Both the position numbers and the translations under genes were made by a program. From assembly GCA_016278725.1 (NCBI GenBank), contig JADQBG010000011.1, positions 6,189 to 70,188 on the forward strand: DNA of 64,000 bases, written 5' to 3'. The stretch's first letter is position 1. Every line of letters begins with the position of its first letter. A model generated the notes under the pieces. It saw only the letters and a list, made by a program, of their open reading frames with translations, had not been told where the DNA came from and did not search any database. The DNA comes from Actinomycetota bacterium (GTDB lineage Bacteria > Actinomycetota > Thermoleophilia > RBG-16-64-13). This document shows, piece by piece, positions 1 to 11,720 of the stretch.

Positions 1-811
1 AGAACGCACGATTCACGGGCAGGCCCCAAATGGCGCTTACGCTGGCCAACATCGTCACCTGTATCGGGACGATGGCCGCAGCGTCGGCGAACGGAATCGG
101 GGTCAGGCCCACTGAAGCCGCGGCTGTAACCGCCGTGGCCACAGCCGCGTGCGACCTCCTCTGCTTCTGCTTCAGACTTACTCGCTGCGCGGCAGACAGG
201 GCGTTTCGTTGCCCCTCGGGAACCACCTGATCAGTCAACTCGATCAGGTCATCCAGTCCCATGGACTCCAGCCGGTGACCGTCGTCAAACACGGTCGCCA
301 ATGCCCGAACACGGACAACGTTCTTCACGTCTGACAGAAGATCTGTCACGGCATCCCTAAACCCTTCGTCAGATTTGGCCTTGGTGATCACCGCTATGAC
401 AGGCACCTCGCGCCTCGTGAGCATGTGGACGAGTTCGGACTCCGCGGGCTCAACCCGGCGCGAGTCCTCCACCAGGCAAACCCAGCCGACGTGAATATGA
501 TCGTCGGCATTCTGCTGCGCCCGTCGGTCTTGGATTAACTTCTCCAGTTCCCCTATGGTTTCTCTAAAACTTGCGGCTTCGAGTCCGCGGGTATCGTAAA
601 TGCCGAGGGGTACGCCCTCCTTTGTGATGTACCTCGTGTGTAGCGTAACCGGCCGGCCCACGCCCGTCGTCGCCAGCTCACCCTGGAACACGGCATTAAT
701 GAGAGTGCTCTTGCCAACTCCTGTCTTGCCGGCAACGAGGATGTTGATCCTCCCGAGTCGCCGGAGGGCCTCTGCCAGTACTTCGTCGAGGTCTGGGATG
801 CCGTCTACCAT
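1..811 (-). CDS. P-loop GTPase (MMR_HSR1-like) with hydrophobic DUF697/YcjF-like C-terminal region; runs off the window edge
   Basis: Not in the ORF track. Manual translation from ATG 811 (overlapping the upstream TAG): MVDGIPDLDEVLAEALRRLGRINILVAGKTGVGKSTLINAVF (G1)...IYDTRGLE (G3)...VITKAK (degenerate G4)...AVATAVTAAASVGLTPIPFADAAAIVPIQVTML. Confidence 0.85.
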   Translation of the reverse strand, partial: MVDGIPDLDEVLAEALRRLGRINILVAGKTGVGKSTLINAVFQGELATTGVGRPVTLHTRYITKEGVPLGIYDTRGLEAASFRETIGELEKLIQDRRAQQNADDHIHVGWVCLVEDSRRVEPAESELVHMLTRREVPVIAVITKAKSDEGFRDAVTDLLSDVKNVVRVRALATVFDDGHRLESMGLDDLIELTDQVVPEGQRNALSAAQRVSLKQKQRRSHAAVATAVTAAASVGLTPIPFADAAAIVPIQVTMLASVSAIWGLPVNRAF

Positions 812-3800
812 GTCTCCTCCTCGTCGGTGCCGGCGCACCCAGACGCCAAGTCACCGCCTGCGTTCGCCAAATCCCTGAACTCCAGCCTCCCCTTCGCCAC
901 CAGGCGGTTCACGGTGTCCAGCGCGGCTTGCCTCGCGTCAGGGTCGCCGCAGGCGATCGCCTCGGCGAGGACGGCGCGGGCGTCGTCCTTCCAGCCGCCG
1001 ATGCGCCAGCCTTCCCGGTCGCTGTCCACGAGTGCACCTAGCACGGCCACCGACCTTCGCGGGTGCGACCGAACAAGGACGGCAAGCCGTCGCGCAATCA
1101 TGTACGCGGGGTCTAGCAGGCTCGTGCGCCGCATGACGAACTCCAGCTGCGTGAACGCCCACTCGTCCTCGAACTTGCCAGAGGCGAACCACCACGCGAA
1201 GGCAGCCAACTCGTCGGCTTCACCAGCAAGTAGCCGGGCCGCCCCAGGTGGGTGGGCTTCCCGCCGCGAGGAGCGTTCGGCGGCTGCAAGCGCGAATGAC
1301 CACAGGGCCTTCAGACGGTCGGTGACCTCTGGCGGCACATCCAATGGCCAATCACGAAGGCTGCGGCCCACGTATCCCAAGACATGCTTCCTCAGTGCCG
1401 TAGGTGCTTTGGACCAGAAGTCGGCCAGGAGAGAGTCGATCGGATCGACTGTCAGCTCGCCCCGCCATGCGAACGTCACGAGGTGCTCGCCGAGTCGTTC
1501 TTCGGGACGCTGGCCCACGGGAGCCTCACCTGTGACCGACCCCATCCGCTCCACGGCCCGCTCGTACTCCGGCCGCAACAGTGCGAACACATCGTCGAAC
1601 GGTCTGCAAAACACGATGTAGGTGGTCCAAGCCGCATCCCAGAACGCCCGCTGCTCCTTGTCGACAGGAAACACCATAGGACGACGAGACTCAGCCCACG
1701 AGGGGTCGAGCAAACGGAGCCACGGAAACCACTGGCCGTACACGGAGCGGATGGCGAGCGATGGGTCCCGGTCCACATCGAGGTGGACGTCCAGGGTCTC
1801 CCAAAGCTCATGCAGGGAAACGGACGCCGCGGTGGCGGCGACGTCAGAACCCACACCTTCGTGATGACGCTGGACCCACAGGCCGTAGCGCACTGCAGCG
1901 TGCATCGCCTCGCCTCTGATGGTGTTGATCGATAGCGTAGCGGGATCGAAGCCGCTGCGCCCGCGCTCCTCTTCATCCCGCGGCGTCGGGTCTGGATCAT
2001 TCGTCAGGGGCTCGAGGATCTCCCACACGGTGTCCCGCAAAAAATACGGGATCTCCGCTGGGCCCGGCTGCGCCCCAGCGGCCAACAGACCGGCAATAGT
2101 CTTGCGCGTCCAGCCCCAGTCCGGGTCACGACGATCTCGATGCTCGTCCGACCTTGGTACGGTCGCCCACGGGTCGTGCACCACGGTGCGCGCAACCCCA
2201 AGTGCTGGCTCCCACAGGAACGGCTTCTTCGATTCAACGGCCTGCCGGAGCCCTTGGAGCAGACTGCGAACGTACGTCGCCTCCAAGCCGACGAATTCAG
2301 CAGCCGCCGAGGCGTACGGCTCGGGGTTTTCAGCCACGAGTGTCGTGACTAGTCGCCCGAGATCCTCCGGGGTTGCCGTGCCCCATTCGCCGGATGGCCG
2401 CCACGCGCGGAGGTACGCGGCTAGGTCGGCAGGTGCCACCCCTTCGAGCTCTTCTACCGAAAGCGGGCTCGTTGGGCCGAGTGAGATTCTGCGGTTACCG
2501 GCGAAATCGGGACGCTCGGGCTCGCCTACCTCCTGGACCAGCTTCCCATAGGTTTCCTTCCGGGTCGCAGTTAGATAGGCCAATATCGGCGTGAGCTTTT
2601 CAATCCGCCAGCGGTTCGCATAGGAGACCAGCTCCTCGTCCGTCGGCCCGCGCCCAGCCACCTCCGTGGCGGAAGCCGCGAAGTCATCAAGATCAGGCCC
2701 CGCGTCAATCCAGCCGATAACGACCGACTGCTGCTTGGAATCAAGCTCGCCAAATCGCGTCCGCTGAAGGTGATAGTACTCGTGACGCATACCAGAATCG
2801 TCAAAGAGCATACGCCTTGTCAATCGATCCACCACCAGATCACGGGCCGCATCGGGGAACTTGGAGAGCAGATCCAGCGCAATCCGAAGAAAGACCTTCC
2901 AGCGCCGACCTTCGAGCGTCGCAACCAGAGAACGAACGGAACTCGCGTCTGCCTCAGCGGAGAATTGCACCGCATCGCGAATGCCTCCGACAAGCACGTC
3001 GAGGATGTCTTCACGATCGAAGTTCTGCTCGTGATCCTCGATGGCGGGGCGCCAGCTGCTGGAGTAGTCCTCGGCCAGCCACTCGCGGCTTGAGCCACCA
3101 AGGGTCGGGAACGATTGAACCATGGCGCCCTCAAGCTGCTCGCAGAGCAGCTTGAGAGTCTCAATCGGTGCTGCAGGCGCCAGAGAAGGCAACGCAAGCC
3201 CGAGAGCTTCGCCGTAGTCCCACAAGGTGAGACGCGCACCAAGCCTCTCGCGCCGAGACGGGTCCGCATACCCGCCCGCGTCGAACAGAACCCCCGCAAG
3301 GCTCAAGGCCTCCGCGATCGCCCTGCCACCTGCAAGGTGGCCCACGAGACGACCAAACTCTTGGCCGGCGATCGGCCGGTATGGGCATTCCAGCCACCGA
3401 ATCGCCGCCGGGACAAGTTGGCTTCCCAGTTCTACGGGTAGCGCGAGCGCCACGCGTGTCAGATCAAGGTGAACGCGCACGTCGTCCGTGTTCGGAACTG
3501 CCAAGGCGGCCCGAAGAATCCGGTCGTACGCGCTCGGATACTCCACAGCCATCCGGGCCAGATAGGATGTGATCGGCCAGCCGGGGAAGCGGACGCCATT
3601 CGAGTCCTCGGCAAGTTCCGGAGCCGGCGGATGCTGGAACATCCCCGCGTCGACCAGAGGGCCAATCCAGGCCGGGTCGTTGAGCTTGCCGAAGAAGTAC
3701 CCATGGGCTACGCGATTGCTGGGGATGTTGTTCTTGAGAGTAGAGACATCAGGAGACCTGGTAGCAAGTAGAGCGTCCAGCTGTTCCAGGATCAAGGTGT

Positions 3801-4338
3801 ACCGCTCCTCGAACCGCCCCAGGATCGCATCCAGCACAGTCTGCACCGTTTCCCACCAGGCAAGGAAGTCGCCGTCCGCGCCCCGGAGCCCGAGAGCATC
3901 ACGGTGGGCGCGCCGTGCCAGGCTGCTATCAGAGCCCTGCTTGGCGAGCCCGAGCCACGCCGCCCCGACTGGGTCATGCTCCGGGATCTCAAGTGCTGTC
4001 AAGATCGCGCGAATTCGGTCCGCATGGCTGTGTTGCCTCGAACAAGGCCCTCCGGCCCCTGCGGTTGAACTGCCGGCCAACGGCTCGAGCACGGCTCGCA
4101 GGGCACTCTCGATTTCGCGAACCAGATGGGCCACCAAGTGAGTCGCGCTGGGAAAGCCGGAGCGACCGTCGACAAGCCTGCATGCGTCGGCGAAGAACGC
4201 AGCCGGCCCGGGACCAATCAGCAGCAGCCTCCGACATACCCGCTCCTGGCGGGGGTCGGTGAACTCCCGAAGCTCCGAAGCTCGTTGATCACCATCAAAG
4301 CCGGGGGTATCGCCGGTTGATGGACGGCCCTCAGTCAT
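805..4338 (-). CDS. 1177-aa uncharacterised, probably alpha-helical protein with putative HEPN-like N-terminal domain
   Basis: Long open frame 9 nt after the upstream gene. N-terminal AHLVREIE...LARRAHRD motifs. Remainder is Leu/Ala/Trp-rich; no Walker A seen. Confidence 0.7.
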   Translation of the reverse strand: MTEGRPSTGDTPGFDGDQRASELREFTDPRQERVCRRLLLIGPGPAAFFADACRLVDGRSGFPSATHLVAHLVREIESALRAVLEPLAGSSTAGAGGPCSRQHSHADRIRAILTALEIPEHDPVGAAWLGLAKQGSDSSLARRAHRDALGLRGADGDFLAWWETVQTVLDAILGRFEERYTLILEQLDALLATRSPDVSTLKNNIPSNRVAHGYFFGKLNDPAWIGPLVDAGMFQHPPAPELAEDSNGVRFPGWPITSYLARMAVEYPSAYDRILRAALAVPNTDDVRVHLDLTRVALALPVELGSQLVPAAIRWLECPYRPIAGQEFGRLVGHLAGGRAIAEALSLAGVLFDAGGYADPSRRERLGARLTLWDYGEALGLALPSLAPAAPIETLKLLCEQLEGAMVQSFPTLGGSSREWLAEDYSSSWRPAIEDHEQNFDREDILDVLVGGIRDAVQFSAEADASSVRSLVATLEGRRWKVFLRIALDLLSKFPDAARDLVVDRLTRRMLFDDSGMRHEYYHLQRTRFGELDSKQQSVVIGWIDAGPDLDDFAASATEVAGRGPTDEELVSYANRWRIEKLTPILAYLTATRKETYGKLVQEVGEPERPDFAGNRRISLGPTSPLSVEELEGVAPADLAAYLRAWRPSGEWGTATPEDLGRLVTTLVAENPEPYASAAAEFVGLEATYVRSLLQGLRQAVESKKPFLWEPALGVARTVVHDPWATVPRSDEHRDRRDPDWGWTRKTIAGLLAAGAQPGPAEIPYFLRDTVWEILEPLTNDPDPTPRDEEERGRSGFDPATLSINTIRGEAMHAAVRYGLWVQRHHEGVGSDVAATAASVSLHELWETLDVHLDVDRDPSLAIRSVYGQWFPWLRLLDPSWAESRRPMVFPVDKEQRAFWDAAWTTYIVFCRPFDDVFALLRPEYERAVERMGSVTGEAPVGQRPEERLGEHLVTFAWRGELTVDPIDSLLADFWSKAPTALRKHVLGYVGRSLRDWPLDVPPEVTDRLKALWSFALAAAERSSRREAHPPGAARLLAGEADELAAFAWWFASGKFEDEWAFTQLEFVMRRTSLLDPAYMIARRLAVLVRSHPRRSVAVLGALVDSDREGWRIGGWKDDARAVLAEAIACGDPDARQAALDTVNRLVAKGRLEFRDLANAGGDLASGCAGTDEEETW

Positions 4339-4347
4339 CGGGCGACC

Positions 4348-5511
4348 TCAGGATTCATCGTAGGCCCCCTCCGCCGTGACCCGCCCCGAAGCCCCGCTCG
4401 CTTCATCATCCGACCGGTGACTATCGTTTGCGGATTGCGGAGTCGGGTCGCGCCCGATGACATTGCGAAATCCATCAGGAGTGCCGCATTCTCGCACAAG
4501 CAGAGCTATAAAGGCCGCAGTGTAGACATAATCGTCGTGGGCCTCATCGTAGGAACAATAACGCTCGTCGGTCTTCCGGCGGGCCTTTCCTCGAGCGGAA
4601 GCAGCAGGTCGAACTCTGAAGTGCTTCCAAGCGACCGGGAATTCCGCCGAATGCCGGAATCTGAAAGGTATCTGACCCTCTACCTCCTCGCAGACTCCTT
4701 TCGGGCGCAGCCTACCAAGGTTGGACACTGGCCTCTCTTTCTCGCGGAGAATGATCCTCCCGGTCTTCTCAAGAGCTGCGTATGCAGCCCGTTCTTGAGG
4801 CAGGAGGTCCTCCTCCTGCACGAAGCTCACCGCGAGATCAGCATCAGTTCTCGGGGCTCTCTTCTGCACGATGTCCACGCGGAGCTCGAATCGTCGGTCG
4901 TTCACCACGTCGGAATCGAACCCCGATCGGTACTCGATGAAGAAATCGTGCAGCTTTCTTGGTAGACCTTGTTGTGCCGCGATGAGCCGGACGACCCCTT
5001 CGCGGGAGAACGTCCCGAGCGCAATGGGTAAGTGCACCTGGTCAGCTATGGAATACGTCGGTCCGAATTGCGCGACCAGCTCTTCCTCGAAGTTGATCAC
5101 CAGCGCCTGTGTGAAACCGGCAGCTGCGACCATGAGCCCCGCCTGGTATCGATGCTCTATTCGATTACGGAGTTTGATGGTCAGCTGGAGGTTGTTGCGC
5201 ACTGGGTCTTTCGGGTCCACCCAGCGCTCCTGGACGCACCGGTCGAGTTCCCACGACTTGCGTTCACCATCGACCTTCAGATACCGGGTTGGACTCTTTC
5301 GGTCTCTGTAGTAGTAGCTAACCCCATCTCGTTCGAACTCCGCTTGCAGCAAATGGGTCCAAGCAATGTGCATGTGTACCAGAAAGGATTCGAGCGGTTT
5401 GCGGGCGCCGGGGCGGTTGTGAAACTCGACCGCGTTCAACGCCTCCTCACGAGACGACTCAACCATCTGGTGCCATCGGGGCCGCCGTGCCACGAGCTTA
5501 GCCCCTGCCAC
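4348..5511 (-). CDS. DUF3644-like HEPN-domain protein (putative RNase effector)
   Basis: ESSREEALNAVEFHN...ESFLVHMHIAWTHLLQA N-terminus and HEPN R-x4-H motif RNRIEH. Confidence 0.8.
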   Translation of the reverse strand: MAGAKLVARRPRWHQMVESSREEALNAVEFHNRPGARKPLESFLVHMHIAWTHLLQAEFERDGVSYYYRDRKSPTRYLKVDGERKSWELDRCVQERWVDPKDPVRNNLQLTIKLRNRIEHRYQAGLMVAAAGFTQALVINFEEELVAQFGPTYSIADQVHLPIALGTFSREGVVRLIAAQQGLPRKLHDFFIEYRSGFDSDVVNDRRFELRVDIVQKRAPRTDADLAVSFVQEEDLLPQERAAYAALEKTGRIILREKERPVSNLGRLRPKGVCEEVEGQIPFRFRHSAEFPVAWKHFRVRPAASARGKARRKTDERYCSYDEAHDDYVYTAAFIALLVRECGTPDGFRNVIGRDPTPQSANDSHRSDDEASGASGRVTAEGAYDES

Positions 5512-5556
5512 GCATACTTGAGCGCCACCAACCGTCGCGTGACCCGTGGCTAGTCA

Positions 5557-9564
<4,008 letters not shown>

Positions 9565-9725
9565 AGTCAGCGAACCTCCGTCGAACGACGGATCGATGAC
9601 TTCCCGGGACCGGCCTTGTCCCGGCCGGCCGGTCTCGCGAGAAGGTCTGGGAGTCCGCCCTGTGTCTCGCCTGTCATCCGAGCCACCCCTCAAGAGTCTC
9701 CAGCTCTAGCTCACCACTGGACTGA

Positions 9726-10151
9726 CTACTCACGATCGCGCAGGTCAATCCGAATCCGTTCCATCACGACCTCCCATGGCTCGCCGGCGTCCGGGTTGCG
9801 CTCGTGGTCGGCGATCCGCTCGTCGAGCAGCGCCCGCATCTCGGGCGTCAGTGGCCAGTTCTCGCGGTCCGGGTCCATACCGTCCCAGAGGCTTTGAGCC
9901 ACCTCGATGCCGTGGGAGACTCGGGCGAAGTCGATGTCGGCCACGGTGACGTCGACGCTCACGTCCACCAGTTCGGCCGGCCGGTGCACGCCGCGCTCCG
10001 CGAGGACCTCAAGGCAGGCTTCGATCGCCTCGCGGACGTTCGCTATCGCTTCATCCCGGGTGGCGCCCTGACTCACGCACCCGGGTAGGGCGAGGCACTC
10101 GGCGATCCAGATGCCGTCCTCGTCGGTCCAGAGGTTGACGAAGAAGTCCAC
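9726..10151 (-). CDS. HicB-like antitoxin fused to an addiction-module antitoxin-like domain
   Basis: N-half WIAECLALPGCVSQGATRDEAIANVREAI (HicB RNase H fold). C-half SLWDGM...LLDERIADHERNPDAGEPWEVV (addiction module component). Confidence 0.75.
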   Translation of the reverse strand: MDFFVNLWTDEDGIWIAECLALPGCVSQGATRDEAIANVREAIEACLEVLAERGVHRPAELVDVSVDVTVADIDFARVSHGIEVAQSLWDGMDPDRENWPLTPEMRALLDERIADHERNPDAGEPWEVVMERIRIDLRDRE

Positions 10152-10166
10152 GTCAGGCCTCCCGTC

Positions 10167-10391
10167 TCAGGCCGCGTACCGCACGATCTCCACCTCATGA
10201 TGGCGCTCCAAGGCCTCATCAGCCAGGGCGTAGACCCGGTCCGCGACTGCGTCATTGAGGTAGTACTCGCCGCAGTCGTCGCAGACTTCTGCGGGCACGT
10301 CCTTGACCACGACGATGGACTCCCCCCGCTGCAGGGTGACGGTCACTCTTCCTGGACTGGTCTCTCCGGTCTTGCAGATCGTGCATTTCAT
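10167..10391 (-). CDS. YgiT-type zinc finger / MqsA-like antitoxin
   Basis: MKCTICK...VVKDVPAEVCDDCGEYY; 4-nt overlap with the DUF4258 gene. Confidence 0.85.
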   Translation of the reverse strand: MKCTICKTGETSPGRVTVTLQRGESIVVVKDVPAEVCDDCGEYYLNDAVADRVYALADEALERHHEVEIVRYAA

Positions 10392-10675
10392 GAGTGCCTC
10401 CGGGCCTTGAAGTCGTCAGTCCACACTGCGGGATCGGGTTGATACACCGTGACAACTTGACACAGACCAGATTCCGGCTCACGCGCGACCACCACGTGGA
10501 TTGCGCGTCCTTGATGTTCACCAAGGATCAGACAGCTCGGAAACGGTGTGTCATCAGGGTACTCCGTAATCACCTCGCCAGAGCGGATCACCGAGCGCAC
10601 CACCCGCGGAGGGAGGCCACGCTCGAACATCCTTCCTATCGCGTGGCGCGAGAACCAGAAGTCACGACATTCCAC
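10388..10675 (-). CDS. DUF4258-family putative toxin
   Basis: FSRHAIGRMFER...GEVITEYPDDTPFPSCLILG...IHVV...VTVYQPDP. Confidence 0.85.
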   Translation of the reverse strand: MECRDFWFSRHAIGRMFERGLPPRVVRSVIRSGEVITEYPDDTPFPSCLILGEHQGRAIHVVVAREPESGLCQVVTVYQPDPAVWTDDFKARRHS

Positions 10676-10772
10676 GAGCTAGACCTCCCCACCCCACGTC
10701 GGTTCCCACCGGGACGGCCAATCTGAGGATACAATGAAGCCGCCCAGTGACCGAGTGCCAAGGGAGCCCGCC

Positions 10773-10985
10773 ATGCACGGCTCATTCACCGCTGTCGTGA
10801 AGCACGAGGCCGAATGGTGGATCGGTTGGATCGCGGAGGTGCCCGGCGTCAACTGCCAGGAGGCCACCCTGGAGGAGCTGCTGGACACTCTCGCCGTGAC
10901 GTTGAAGGAGGTGCTCGAACTCAACCGGCAGAACGCCTTGTCCGAGGTCACGCCGCCATACGAGGAGGTGACCATCGTCCTCTGA
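10773..10985 (+). CDS. Short HicB-family antitoxin (no adjacent HicA seen)
   Basis: FTAVVKHEAEWWIGWIAEVPGVNCQEATLEELLDTL; AGGGAG RBS before ATG 10773. Confidence 0.8.
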   Translation: MHGSFTAVVKHEAEWWIGWIAEVPGVNCQEATLEELLDTLAVTLKEVLELNRQNALSEVTPPYEEVTIVL

Positions 10986-11073
10986 GGCCACGCGGCCAAC
11001 TCGGGTACCACGCCCATCTGATCGCCCGCGCCTCTCACAGTTCACAACCGCCTCCATGTCCGACAGTCCTCAC

Positions 11074-11388
11074 TCATGCGACCTGGAGCGGCTTGATCCG
11101 TTCCACCTCGGCGCCGATCGCCCGTTCCGCGTCCCAGAGGTCGACGGCGCGCTGCGCGTTCAGCCAGAACTCCGCCGAGTTGCCAAACAGGCGGGCGAGA
11201 CGCAGGGCCATCTCCGGACTGAGGGAGCGTCGCTCACGCAGCAGCTCATTGACCGTCTGGCGGGAGACCTCGAGCGAGGCAGCCAAGCCGGCGACACTCA
11301 AGCCGTAGTCAGGCAGAAAGTCCTCCCGCAACATCTCACCGGGATGCGTGGGCCGGATCTTCCGCTTGGTCGTGTTGGGGATGCTCAT
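11074..11388 (-). CDS. higA: HigA/VapI-family antitoxin
   Basis: RPTHPGEMLREDFL...HTH...MALRLARLFGNSAEFWLNAQ. Confidence 0.92.
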   Translation of the reverse strand: MSIPNTTKRKIRPTHPGEMLREDFLPDYGLSVAGLAASLEVSRQTVNELLRERRSLSPEMALRLARLFGNSAEFWLNAQRAVDLWDAERAIGAEVERIKPLQVA

Positions 11389-11403
11389 GCTGGCTCCTCT
11401 GTT

Positions 11404-11685
11404 TCAGTGATAGTCCGTGATCTCGACTTCGAATGCATCGCCGTCAATGAACTGGAAGCAGACGCGCCACTGGTCGTTGACCGAAATCGAGTACTGGCCT
11501 TTGCGGTCTCCTTCGAGCGCGTGAAGTCGATTTCCGAGCGGTGCACGCAGGTCCTCGGCTCGGGTCGCCAGATCTATGTACTCGAGCTTTCGCACGGCCC
11601 GCTTGATGATGTCCGGCGGCAATCGACGCGATCGACCGGTCAGATAAAGAGACTGCGTCTGGGCATCGGCGAAGGACCTGATCAC
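11404..11685 (-). CDS. higB: HigB (RelE-family, plasmid-killer-type) toxin
   Basis: MIRSFAD...NRLHALEGDRKGQYSISVNDQWRVCF...EITDYH, toxin-first order with higA. Confidence 0.92.
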   Translation of the reverse strand: MIRSFADAQTQSLYLTGRSRRLPPDIIKRAVRKLEYIDLATRAEDLRAPLGNRLHALEGDRKGQYSISVNDQWRVCFQFIDGDAFEVEITDYH

Positions 11686-11691
11686 CGGTCA

Positions 11692-11720
11692 AACGTACTC
11701 TGTCACGTGACACATGTCAA
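11692..11720 (-). promoter_or_regulatory. sigma70-type promoter of higBA with palindromic operator
   Basis: Minus strand TTGACA-N17-TACGTT; the spacer contains the perfect palindrome TGTCACGTGACA (11701-11712); GTG start follows 6 nt after the -10. Confidence 0.75.

Noticed and set aside
10983-11073. Degenerate hicA after the solo hicB
   Set aside because: Translations show no convincing HicA motif
9565-11716. Integron cassette array explaining the TA cluster
   Set aside because: No recurring attC-like sites between genes and no integron integrase seen
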